Assembly: GCA_016217555.1 (NCBI GenBank)
Contig: JACRHW010000006.1
Span: 18,153-82,152 of the forward strand
Direction of reading: 5' to 3'
DNA: 64,000 nucleotides
From: Parcubacteria group bacterium
GTDB taxonomy: Bacteria > Patescibacteriota > Minisyncoccia > UBA6257 > JACRHW01
Part shown: piece after piece, positions 27,731 to 37,122 of the stretch
Layout of the letters: every line of letters begins with the position of its first letter
Numbering within the stretch: the stretch's first letter is position 1
Notes under the pieces: generated by a model
The model's input: the letters and a program-made list of their open reading frames with translations, nothing else
Databases searched by the model: none
What the model was told of the DNA's origin: nothing
Position numbers and translations under genes: made by a program

Positions 27731-28831
27731 TTGCAATCTACCTCTAACGGGATGAAAAAGAAGGTATTTGTTGCTATGTCGGGTGGGGTTGATTCCTCGG
27801 TTGCTGCCGCGCTCCTTGCGAAGCGTGGTTTTGATGTGGTGGGTGTGTATATGAAGTGTTGGTCAGAGGATAATCCTTGTGCAATAAGCGATGAAGCAGA
27901 TGCACATCGTGTTGCAGCGCTTCTTAAGATACCTTTTTATACGTTTGATTTTGAGAAAGAATATGCAAAGAAAGTCGTGGGGTATATGGTGAAGGGGTAT
28001 CAAGACGGGATTACGCCAAATCCCGATGTAATGTGTAATCGTGAAATTAAGTTTGGTCTTTTTTTAAAAACTGCACTTCGTTGGGGGGCTGATTACATTG
28101 CGACGGGGCACTACGTCAAAATGCAAATCTCAAAATGCAAATCTCAAAATGATAATGAAAAATTAAAAAATATTTATAATTTATATCGAGCTAAAGATAT
28201 AAACAAGGATCAGTCATATTTTCTTTGGACACTGACTCAGGAACGGCTTAAGTATTGTTTATTTCCAGTTGGAGGTTATGTGAAGCCGGAGGTGCGCGCC
28301 ATGGCAAAGAAGTTTGGATTACCTACTGCTAGCAAGAAAGATAGTCAGGGTATTTGTTTTCTTGGTCAGGTAAAAGTTGACGATTTTTTGGAGAAGAGAT
28401 TGTTTGGTGTTGAGTCCGGCTCTATTTGCACACTAGATGGTAATGTGGTGGGGGAACATCGGGGTGCAGAACTTTATACTATGGGTCAACGACATGGGCT
28501 TGGCATTGGGGGGGATGGCCCTTATTTTGTAGTTAAAAAGGATATAAAAAGGAATATTGTGTATGTTGCTAAAGGAGATGATCCTGTGCATTTTAAAAAG
28601 GAACTTGTAGTAAAAAAGGTGCATTGGATAAGCGACGTTCCGATTGTTGGCCCAACCAAAGTGCTTTGTCGAACAAGGTATCGCCAACCACTTGTTCGTG
28701 CTACTATTACGCCAAGGGGTAGGAGTGGGATATGTGTGCTATTTGATATGCCACATCGATCAGTTACTCCTGGCCAATCCGTTGTATTTTATACGGGGAA
28801 AAAAATGTTGGGAGGGGGAGTAATAATTTAG
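27731..28831 (+). CDS. mnmA: tRNA-specific 2-thiouridylase
   Basis: PP-loop VFVAMSGGVDSSVAAALL; NKDQSYFLW; contains in-frame 14-bp tandem repeat at 28117-28158. Confidence 0.85.
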   Translation: MQSTSNGMKKKVFVAMSGGVDSSVAAALLAKRGFDVVGVYMKCWSEDNPCAISDEADAHRVAALLKIPFYTFDFEKEYAKKVVGYMVKGYQDGITPNPDVMCNREIKFGLFLKTALRWGADYIATGHYVKMQISKCKSQNDNEKLKNIYNLYRAKDINKDQSYFLWTLTQERLKYCLFPVGGYVKPEVRAMAKKFGLPTASKKDSQGICFLGQVKVDDFLEKRLFGVESGSICTLDGNVVGEHRGAELYTMGQRHGLGIGGDGPYFVVKKDIKRNIVYVAKGDDPVHFKKELVVKKVHWISDVPIVGPTKVLCRTRYRQPLVRATITPRGRSGICVLFDMPHRSVTPGQSVVFYTGKKMLGGGVII

Positions 28832-28849
28832 ATTCTAGATTCCCGTTTT

Positions 28850-30673
28850 ATGGAGATAAGAAATTTTTGTATCATTGCGCATATCGATCATGGAAAGTCT
28901 ACGCTTGCAGACCGCTTTTTGGAATTGACAGGTGCTGTTGAGAAGCGAAAGATGCGAGAGCAGTTTCTAGATCAGATGGATTTGGAGCGGGAGCGTGGGA
29001 TTACAATAAAATTACAACCCGTTCGTATGGTATACAAGCTATTATTTAAAGTTAGAAATTTGAAATTAGAAATTCTAGATTCAGAACAAGAATTCGTATT
29101 GAATCTGATAGATACCCCTGGCCACGCAGATTTCGCTTACGAGGTGTCTCGTTCACTTCTCGCTGTTGAGGGGGCTATTCTACTTGTTGATGCGACACAG
29201 GGGATACAGGCACAGACATTGGCAAATTTTAATTTTGCAAAAAAATGTGGGCTTACTATTATTCCCGCACTTAATAAAATTGATATGCCTGTGCATGATT
29301 TTGATGCACGCATTCTTGAGCTTGCGCATCTTGTGGGTACCGATGTAAATGATGTGAAGCTTATTTCTGGAAAGACAGGCCAAGGGGTGCTTGAGCTGTT
29401 AGATGAGGTGGTAAAAAAAGTTCCTCCTCCCGCGAGAGATCCATCGAAGCCGAGTCGTGCACTTATCTTTGATTCCCATTTTGATAACCACCGGGGTGTT
29501 ATCGCAAACGTGAGAGTTCTTGATGGCATATTTAAGCCGTGGGAACGTATTGTTCTATTTCAGAATGACAAGGATGCTGAAATTATGGAGGTGGGGCATT
29601 TTAAACCAGCTATGGAAAAAGTAGATGAGATTGTTGCTGGGGAGATAGGGTATATCGCCACCGGCATTAAGGATCCCGGTGTGGTTCGTGTTGGGGATAC
29701 GATTGTTTTGAAGCGTGATTTTGAAGCAAAAAAAGTTGCTCCATTTCCAGGTTACGAGGAGCCTCACCCTATGGTATTCGTTTCTTTTTATCCCGATTCC
29801 GCAGATGATTATCTAGATCTTCAAAAGTCACTTTCGAAGCTCAAGTTGAATGATGCCGCGCTTTTTTATGAGCCTGAACAGTCTCTTATTTTTGGACGTG
29901 GATTTCGTGCAGGGTTTCTTGGCTTGCTTCATCTCGATGTTACTATTGAGCGGTTGAAACGTGAATATAATATTGTAACGATTGTTACAACCCCCTCGGT
30001 GTCGTATCAGCTTGTTATAAAAGACGGTACCGTGCGCACCATTTATCGCGCTTCTGATTATGATGATAGTGGAGATATTTTGGAGATACGAGAGCCGTGG
30101 GTGGATCTTGAGATTCTTACCCCAAAACAGTATTACGGAAGTATTTTGTCACTTGTTGATAACTATCGTTTAGAAGTTGGTAATGTTGATAGTTTGGGAG
30201 ATGCACAGGTCGTTCATTTTAAAGCCCCTCTCGCTGAAATTATTATCAATTTTTATGATGCACTCAAGAGTATTTCTCAGGGCTATGCCTCTATGAGCTA
30301 TTCTTTTACAGAATATAGAACGGGGGATTTGGATCGGCTTGACGTGGTTATCGCGGGAGAACGATTTGACGGATTTTCAAGAATCCTTCCAAAGAGTAAG
30401 ATAGAAAGAGAGGCGCGCGCAGTCACTGAAAAGCTTAAAGAGCTTTTGCCGCGAGAAAATTTTTCTGTTGCTATCCAGGCAATAGTAGGAAGTCGTATTG
30501 TGGCACGCGAAACGATCCCCGCTCTCAAAAAAGACGTTACAGGGTATTTGTATGGGGGTGATAGAAGCAGAAAAATGAAACTTTGGAAGAAACAAAAAGA
30601 GGGAAAGAAAAAGCTTAAGCAGTTCGGAAAAGTAACCATCGAACCGCATGTTTTTTACGAGGTATTTAAATAA
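28850..30673 (+). CDS. lepA: elongation factor 4
   Basis: AHIDHGKSTL, DTPGH, NKID G-motifs; LepA C-terminal domain; about 12-aa insertion vs E. coli LepA between ITIK and NLIDTPGH. Confidence 0.9.
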   Translation: MEIRNFCIIAHIDHGKSTLADRFLELTGAVEKRKMREQFLDQMDLERERGITIKLQPVRMVYKLLFKVRNLKLEILDSEQEFVLNLIDTPGHADFAYEVSRSLLAVEGAILLVDATQGIQAQTLANFNFAKKCGLTIIPALNKIDMPVHDFDARILELAHLVGTDVNDVKLISGKTGQGVLELLDEVVKKVPPPARDPSKPSRALIFDSHFDNHRGVIANVRVLDGIFKPWERIVLFQNDKDAEIMEVGHFKPAMEKVDEIVAGEIGYIATGIKDPGVVRVGDTIVLKRDFEAKKVAPFPGYEEPHPMVFVSFYPDSADDYLDLQKSLSKLKLNDAALFYEPEQSLIFGRGFRAGFLGLLHLDVTIERLKREYNIVTIVTTPSVSYQLVIKDGTVRTIYRASDYDDSGDILEIREPWVDLEILTPKQYYGSILSLVDNYRLEVGNVDSLGDAQVVHFKAPLAEIIINFYDALKSISQGYASMSYSFTEYRTGDLDRLDVVIAGERFDGFSRILPKSKIEREARAVTEKLKELLPRENFSVAIQAIVGSRIVARETIPALKKDVTGYLYGGDRSRKMKLWKKQKEGKKKLKQFGKVTIEPHVFYEVFK

Positions 30674-30759
30674 CAGAATCTGGAAGCTAAAATCTAGAAA
30701 AATGGACGGTTTTTTAAAAACTTCCAGATTCTAGTTACTAGATTCTAGATTCCCGTTTT

Positions 30760-31116
30760 ATGCAAAGGTTTCAAATATTTTTACGTTGGTTGCCGATCGT
30801 GAGCCTTCTTTGTGTTGGGATTCTTGTGGGGCATGAGGCGTGGAAACGATATGAAAATTATGCAAGTCTCAAGGAAAGACTTGGTATCCTTGAGGCCGAA
30901 ACAAGAACAATTACCAATGAGAATCGTAGTATTGCAAAACAAATCGAGTGGTATAATGATCCCACCCACCTTGAAGAAAAAGCTAAAAAAGAACTTAATC
31001 TTAAAAAGGAGGGGGAGGAGGTTATTGTTATTGTTGGTAATACTGCCGTTTCTACATCTATTCCAAGTTCATCAAAGAAGCAGGAGGATAAAAAAAGATG
31101 GTGGAATATTTTTTAA
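30760..31116 (+). CDS. septum formation initiator (FtsB/DivIC-like)
   Basis: N-terminal TM followed by coiled coil (LKERLGILEAETRTITNENRSIAKQIEWY). Confidence 0.5.
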   Translation: MQRFQIFLRWLPIVSLLCVGILVGHEAWKRYENYASLKERLGILEAETRTITNENRSIAKQIEWYNDPTHLEEKAKKELNLKKEGEEVIVIVGNTAVSTSIPSSSKKQEDKKRWWNIF

Positions 31117-31157
31117 GACTGTGTAAGAATTGATTCAGTTGTCTATAACAAAAAAAT

Positions 31158-32519
31158 ATGGAAATTAAAAATGATATTTTTCGTCAATATGATATGCGGG
31201 GGGTGTACCCCGAAGGTATTAATGAGTATGTTGCCTATGCAGTGGGAATTTCTATTATTTCGCATCTGAGGCTTAAAAAACCAAAGGTACTTGTAACATA
31301 TGATGCACGCAAATCATCGCGCCCACTTATGCGTGCGCTTGTGTATGGACTTACAGAGGCGGGTGCAAATGTTGTTTGTGGGGGACTTTCTACGACACCT
31401 ATGCACATGTTTCTTGTTGCAAAATATAAATACGATCTTGGGATTATGGTTACTGCGTCACATAATCCTGCACAATTTAATGGGTTTAAAATTAATGTAA
31501 AAGGCGCCAGGCCTTTTTATGGGGAGAAGTTACAAGCTTTTGGTGAGGTATTAATGAAAAAGAATATAGAGTATCCCGCAGAGGCTGTTCAAGCGCTACA
31601 GATACAAGAGAAATCTTATCTTTCTGCATATGTAGATTTTATTATAAAACATCTCCCGCGGGGTATTTCAAAGAAAAAAGTGGTTATCGACCCCTCGCAT
31701 GGTGTTGCGGGTATGGTGCTTAAGGAGGTTGCAAAGAGAAAGAGGCTTACTAATTGGATATTTGTGGCCGATACTATTGATGGAGATTTTTCCGTGCATG
31801 GACCAAATCCGCTTATGTCTGATGCTTTTTCGAAATTTCGTGCAGCGGTACGAAAATATAAGGCTGATTTTGGTGTTATTTTTGATGTAGATGCTGATCG
31901 TGTTTTCTTTCTTCTTTCAGGGTATAAAGAGTATGTGCCCTCAAGTGTTGCCGGCTTTCTTATGGCGCGTACCTATGTTAAGCAAATTCCTCATTCAAAA
32001 ATTCTTTATGAGGTGCGAGCTGGGACGTTGCTTAGAGATGAACTTTTGAATATAGATGCTCGTCCCACTCTTGTCCACGTAGGACATCCTTATTTTAAAG
32101 ACGGTATTCGTAACGAAAAAGCGCCATTTGGGTTTGAGCTTTCAGGGCATTATTATTTTAAGGAATTCTTTTCTGTTGACTCTGGCATTTTTGCGTTTAC
32201 AAAGTTTTTAGGAGCTTTTGTGAAGGAAAAACATGAATTTAAAAAAGAGCTTCTTGTATTCGCAAAAAAACCACATTCACCAGAGATAAATTATGTAGTA
32301 AAAGATAAGGAGGCTGCAATGAAACAGGTGGAAGCGGTTTTTGGTGTAGGGAATAAGGTTTCTCATTTCGATGGACTTTCTATCGAGGCGAAGGATTTTT
32401 ATATTAATATAAGACCCTCTGGCACCGAAGATCTTATTCGTCTTAATGTTGAGGCAAAAAACAAACACATGCTTCGTAGCATAATAAAGCAAATAGAAAA
32501 AGTTATTTCTGGCTCATAA
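31158..32519 (+). CDS. phosphoglucomutase/phosphomannomutase family
   Basis: Active-site TASHNPAQFNGFK. Confidence 0.85.
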   Translation: MEIKNDIFRQYDMRGVYPEGINEYVAYAVGISIISHLRLKKPKVLVTYDARKSSRPLMRALVYGLTEAGANVVCGGLSTTPMHMFLVAKYKYDLGIMVTASHNPAQFNGFKINVKGARPFYGEKLQAFGEVLMKKNIEYPAEAVQALQIQEKSYLSAYVDFIIKHLPRGISKKKVVIDPSHGVAGMVLKEVAKRKRLTNWIFVADTIDGDFSVHGPNPLMSDAFSKFRAAVRKYKADFGVIFDVDADRVFFLLSGYKEYVPSSVAGFLMARTYVKQIPHSKILYEVRAGTLLRDELLNIDARPTLVHVGHPYFKDGIRNEKAPFGFELSGHYYFKEFFSVDSGIFAFTKFLGAFVKEKHEFKKELLVFAKKPHSPEINYVVKDKEAAMKQVEAVFGVGNKVSHFDGLSIEAKDFYINIRPSGTEDLIRLNVEAKNKHMLRSIIKQIEKVISGS

Positions 32520-32563
32520 GACTACCGTCTAAAAGCTAACAGCTATAAGCTAATACCTAATGT

Positions 32564-33136
32564 ATGGATCGTCTCGTTGTTGATATCGAAACAAAAAACA
32601 CCTTTCAGGATGTGGGAGGGGAACATAATATTCATAAACTCAACGCTTCATTGGTAGGTGTGTATTCGTATAAAAAAGATATGTATTTTGGACTTGAAGA
32701 ACACGAGTTTGGTCGGCTTGATGAGCTATTTCGAGGGGCAGAACTTATCATCGGATTTGCAACTAACCGGTTTGATATACCAATACTTCGGAAGTATACA
32801 AAAGTAGACATTAAAAGAATTAAGTCGCTTGATATGTTTGAGGAGGTACAGAAAAAGTTAGGGCGTCGTGTGGGGCTTGGGGTGCTCTGTGAAGCAAACT
32901 TAAAGATTGGAAAAACAGGGCATGGGCTTGACGCGATTGAATATTATAAAAATGGAGAAATCGAGAAGCTCAAAAAATATTGCCTAAATGATGTAAAAAT
33001 TACAAAAGAGTTATATGAATTCGTATTAGATAAAAAGAAACTTTTTGTGCCTGATAAGTATAATCCCCCCGGTGTTTTTTTTGATTTCGACTGGGCCTGG
33101 TCGCTACAGACGAGTTCTCAAGGTATGTTATTTTAG
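32564..33136 (+). CDS. RNase H-like fold 3'-5' exonuclease (YprB/PolB-exo-like)
   Basis: VVDIETK..IGFATNRFDIPIL acidic motifs. Confidence 0.45.
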   Translation: MDRLVVDIETKNTFQDVGGEHNIHKLNASLVGVYSYKKDMYFGLEEHEFGRLDELFRGAELIIGFATNRFDIPILRKYTKVDIKRIKSLDMFEEVQKKLGRRVGLGVLCEANLKIGKTGHGLDAIEYYKNGEIEKLKKYCLNDVKITKELYEFVLDKKKLFVPDKYNPPGVFFDFDWAWSLQTSSQGMLF

Positions 33137-33296
33137 TAAGGTTGTTAATATACTCTTTTTTTCAAATCTCTCACCATGCCTATCCCCGCCCATAGACTCT
33201 TCGATTAATACAACAAAAGATACCCAACCTCTGTAGAGAAGAAGGTGGATCAGGTATTGAAGGAGGCGGGGAAGGGAAAGAAGGATCATAAAGAAT

Positions 33297-33701
33297 ATGA
33301 TCTCGAGGAGAGTATCAAAGAACTCGAACAACGTCTCGGACTATGCAAAAGCAATGCTCAAGAGTCCTTTATTCATCCCCAGCAACAAAGAAGAAATCAC
33401 CCTCGTCCGTCTCACCGTCGCTGATCTTGGGTTCAAGGAGGGAGCCAGGTACAAGGATATCATCGCTCGAGCTAAGGAATTAGGTCTCGACTACTGTCCT
33501 GCAGAGGTCGGTCCTCAACTCCGTCTTCAGTATCAGGATCAGCCAAGTGGCGAGTGGCTTCGCATTGCGACGAAGCCCATCATCGGCCCCAACAACATCC
33601 CGAGCGTCTTCTCGCTGGGACACGGTGTCGGCGGCTTGTGGTTGGACGACGATTGGGTGGGACTCGGCAGCGAGTGGTACCCATATGTGATTGCACGATG
33701 A
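33297..33701 (+). CDS. hypothetical protein, compositionally atypical (GC-rich)
   Basis: Visibly higher GC and G/C-ending codons than neighbours. Confidence 0.4.
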   Translation: MISRRVSKNSNNVSDYAKAMLKSPLFIPSNKEEITLVRLTVADLGFKEGARYKDIIARAKELGLDYCPAEVGPQLRLQYQDQPSGEWLRIATKPIIGPNNIPSVFSLGHGVGGLWLDDDWVGLGSEWYPYVIAR

Positions 33702-33976
33702 TGAATGGTGCAAGGTGTACCACATAGGTTTCTAGTATTTCACGGATGGTATGATACAGCATACCACTGTAATAAATTAGCATTCTCCGATAGTTCCGAA
33801 TACAATATGATATGTGTACATAGAGGAATGGTACAAAAATTTGAATAATGGGAAGAGAACATATACAATGAAAATAATAAATTAACGAGCTTATGGCTTT
33901 TAGCTAATAGCTTCTAGGATAAAAAAATATAGGATGGGATCCTAAAAGCTAACAGCTAGAAGCTAAAACCTGAGTT

Positions 33977-34516
33977 ATGGATTATATAAAACAATTTGAA
34001 GTATGGCTTAAGAAATCGCTTGAAGAATTTACACACGAAGTGCGGTCTATTAAGGCTGGTCAGGCCTCGCCCGCACTTGTCGAGGACGTGAGGGTGTCGT
34101 GTTATGATGGGCAGGTAATGCAGCTTAAACAAATTGCTGCTATTTCTGTGTCTTCTTCGCGAGAACTTCTTGTACAGCCCTGGGATAAGACTCTTATTAC
34201 TAACATTACTAAAGCACTTGCTGATCTCCCGGGAGGTATTCAGGCGACACCCAACAAGAATGTAGTTCGTCTTACCCTTCCTATGCTTACCGAAGATCGT
34301 AGAAAAGAATTTATTAAACTTGTGCACAATAGTGTTGAGACAACACGCATACGAATGAGAAAAGAGCGGGATGAGATTAATAAAAAAATTGATACTATTG
34401 CGGCTGAGGATGAGCGGTTTCGTACGAAAGAACGTATTGATGAGGTAATGAAAAGTGCTCAGAAAGATATTGATGAGGTTGCGGCACAAAAGGAAAAGGA
34501 ACTTCTTTCATTTTAG
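33977..34516 (+). CDS. frr: ribosome recycling factor
   Basis: Full-length RRF similarity (VRSIKAGQASPALVEDVRV..LTEDRRKEFIKLV). Confidence 0.9.
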   Translation: MDYIKQFEVWLKKSLEEFTHEVRSIKAGQASPALVEDVRVSCYDGQVMQLKQIAAISVSSSRELLVQPWDKTLITNITKALADLPGGIQATPNKNVVRLTLPMLTEDRRKEFIKLVHNSVETTRIRMRKERDEINKKIDTIAAEDERFRTKERIDEVMKSAQKDIDEVAAQKEKELLSF

Positions 34517-34527
34517 TATGTAATTTG

Positions 34528-34634
34528 AAATACTAATATACGAATCCATACAAATGATACGAATGGTTACGAATACGTACGATATTCGTATTGATTTGTA
34601 GTATTAGTATCATTCGTATATTGGTATGGTTATC
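34528..34634. repeat. 107-bp palindromic element, copy 2 (inverted relative to 14956-15062)
   Basis: Exact reverse-complement match. Confidence 0.85.
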
Positions 34635-34644
34635 CAAAGATATA

Positions 34645-35706
34645 ATGACTATTTTTATTTCAGTATTGATTTTGGGATTTTTGGTGGTGATCCACGAGCT
34701 GGGGCACTGTATTGCTGCGAAACGTGCGGGGGTTTTAGTAGAGGAGTTTGGTGTCGGGTTTCCTCCACGCCTGTTCTCTGTTAAGAGGGGGGAGACGGTG
34801 TATAGTTTTAACCTATTGCCACTAGGGGGATTTGTGAAAATTTATGGTGAGACGGAGGAGTTTAAAGATAATCCAAGAAGTTTCGCTTCGAAGAATATTG
34901 GGGTACGAACAGGTATTGTTTTTGCTGGGGTGTTCATGAATTTTATCATAGGAATGCTCCTTCTTGTTGTTTCCTACAGTATCGGGTTTCCCAGCCCGGT
35001 GGTGAATGAAAATGAGGCATTTATTCAAAATCAGTCTCTTACCATCGTTCGAGTGTTACCTAATACTCCCGCCATGAACGCGGGGCTCAGGGATGGTGAC
35101 GTGATCACAGCACTTAATGGAAAAGGAGTCGATGCGACGGGGTTTCGAGAGTTTGTGAATGATCATAAAGGGAACGGGGTTGCTATTACCATAGAACGTG
35201 CAGGGGAGAAGAAAATGATTTTTGTCGCTACACGCAAAGAGTATCCAGCAAACGAAGGATCTGTTGGTATTGCACTTGTCGACCAAGGAATGCTGCGCTA
35301 TCCACTACATCTTGCCGTTGTGCATGGTGTAAAAGACAGCTTTGTTATTGTGGGAAAAATTGTCGCAGCTTTTGCGGGCCTTTTATCTGGGATTTTACAT
35401 GGTGCAGTAAATAGGGATGCGGTAAGCGGTCCCGTTGGTGTTTTTGTCTTGGCGGGGCATGCAATCCAAAGTGGTATCCGATACGTACTCCCGCTTATTA
35501 TTCTTATTACCTTTAATCTTGCTGTTATGAACGTACTTCCTCTTCCCGCACTTGATGGAGGAAGAATCTTCTTTTTTATACTCGAAAAAATCAAAGGCAA
35601 ACCAGTATCAAGTAAGATAGAAAATATTATTCATGGAACGGGATTTGTACTTCTTATAGTCCTCATGCTATTTTTAACCGTCGGTGATATTAAGCGTTTC
35701 TTTTAA
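34645..35706 (+). CDS. rseP: RseP-type site-2 protease (M50) with PDZ domain
   Basis: HELGHCIAAK zinc motif in first TM; PDZ region; start moved to ATG 34645 because the ORF-track start lies inside the repeat. Confidence 0.8.
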   Translation: MTIFISVLILGFLVVIHELGHCIAAKRAGVLVEEFGVGFPPRLFSVKRGETVYSFNLLPLGGFVKIYGETEEFKDNPRSFASKNIGVRTGIVFAGVFMNFIIGMLLLVVSYSIGFPSPVVNENEAFIQNQSLTIVRVLPNTPAMNAGLRDGDVITALNGKGVDATGFREFVNDHKGNGVAITIERAGEKKMIFVATRKEYPANEGSVGIALVDQGMLRYPLHLAVVHGVKDSFVIVGKIVAAFAGLLSGILHGAVNRDAVSGPVGVFVLAGHAIQSGIRYVLPLIILITFNLAVMNVLPLPALDGGRIFFFILEKIKGKPVSSKIENIIHGTGFVLLIVLMLFLTVGDIKRFF

Positions 35707-35720
35707 CAGAACTTACCTAT

Positions 35721-37013
35721 ATGTATGTTAGTAAACTAGCTTTTCGGACAAAAAAAGAAAATCCGTCTGATGAATTTTCCCCAGGCGCACAACTTCTTGT
35801 TCGTGCCGGTTTTGTAGAGAAAAATTTTTCTGGAGTGTATACCTATCTTCCTCTTGGACTTAGGGTGCTTAAGAATGTCGCTGCTCTCATACGAAAAGAA
35901 ATGGATGCGATAGGGGGGCAGGAGCTACTTATGCCTGCGCTTACCCCAAAGGCGATATGGGATATATCGGGTAGGTGGGAGGTACTTGGTGATATTTTAT
36001 ATAAGCTTAAAGATGGACAGGACAAAACTCTTTCGCTTGCACCCACACATGAGGATGTTTTAAGTGCGATAATGGTGCACCATCTTTCTGGAAATGATCG
36101 TTTACCAATTTATTTGTATCAGATTCAGAATAAGTTTCGTGATGAGCCACGTGCCAAATCAGGACTTATCCGCACGCGGGAATTTTTAATGAAGGATCTC
36201 TATAGCTTTAACGCTTCAGTTGATGACTTAAATAAATTTTATGAAATAGTGAAAGAGGCATATGTGCGCATTTTTAAAGCATGTGAGGTTAAGGCGTATG
36301 TGACTCAAGCATCTGGTGGTACGTTTTCGAAGGAGAATTCTCATGAGTTTATGGTAGAGTCTTCCGCGGGAGAAGATAGGGTGCTTGTATGTTCAGAATG
36401 TTCCTTCGCTAAGAATATGGAAGTAGTGAATGACGAAAAACAACAGGGGTGCGATGAATGTAAAAAAAGCACAATGCAAGAAATTAAGGCGGTAGAGGTG
36501 GGGAATATTTTTAAGCTTGGTACAAAATTCTCAGAGGCTTTTGGGTTGTACACTACAAATGAGGAGGGAGATAAAGTGCCTGTTGTGATGGGTTCCTATG
36601 GAATAGGATTAGGAAGAATTATGGGAACAATTGCGGAGGTCAGTTCTGATGATCATGGACTTATTTGGCCTACCGTCCTTGCACCTTACCACATATATCT
36701 TGTTCCGCTTGAAAAGTCTGGTGTGGATCTAGGTAATGTAACTGAGATAGCGCAGAGAATATATAAGGATTTACAAGAGAGTGGTTTCGATATACTATAT
36801 GATGATCGTGAAAAGTCGGCAGGTGAGAAGTTTGGAGACGCCGACATCTTGGGAATTCCGTTGAGACTTGTCGTTTCGGAGAAGACCCTTAAAGAGAATT
36901 CGGTTGAGATAAAAGAAAGGAAAACAGGGAAGATAACTCTAGTACCAGTTGGTTTAGTTACGGAGTTTGTAGGGCATTTTATGGTTTCAGGATCGCAATA
37001 CGTTGTAAATTAA
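35721..37013 (+). CDS. proS: prolyl-tRNA synthetase (no insertion/editing domain)
   Basis: Class II aaRS motifs; N-terminus aligns with bacterial ProRS (LLVRAGFVEK..YTYLPLGLRVLKNV). Confidence 0.85.
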   Translation: MYVSKLAFRTKKENPSDEFSPGAQLLVRAGFVEKNFSGVYTYLPLGLRVLKNVAALIRKEMDAIGGQELLMPALTPKAIWDISGRWEVLGDILYKLKDGQDKTLSLAPTHEDVLSAIMVHHLSGNDRLPIYLYQIQNKFRDEPRAKSGLIRTREFLMKDLYSFNASVDDLNKFYEIVKEAYVRIFKACEVKAYVTQASGGTFSKENSHEFMVESSAGEDRVLVCSECSFAKNMEVVNDEKQQGCDECKKSTMQEIKAVEVGNIFKLGTKFSEAFGLYTTNEEGDKVPVVMGSYGIGLGRIMGTIAEVSSDDHGLIWPTVLAPYHIYLVPLEKSGVDLGNVTEIAQRIYKDLQESGFDILYDDREKSAGEKFGDADILGIPLRLVVSEKTLKENSVEIKERKTGKITLVPVGLVTEFVGHFMVSGSQYVVN

Positions 37014-37122
37014 AAAGTCAAAATTCAAAACGCAAAACTTCAATCTAAAAACTTGAAACTTAGCAGTTTTGGGTTTTTAGTTGTAGTTTTGATGTTTGAA
37101 TTTTAAGTTTTGATTTTATTTT

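Noticed and set aside
30676-30731. Hairpin TCTGGAAG..CTTCCAGA after lepA as a terminator
   Set aside because: The stem is only 8 bp with an approx. 35-nt loop and no clean T-tract; too weak to call.
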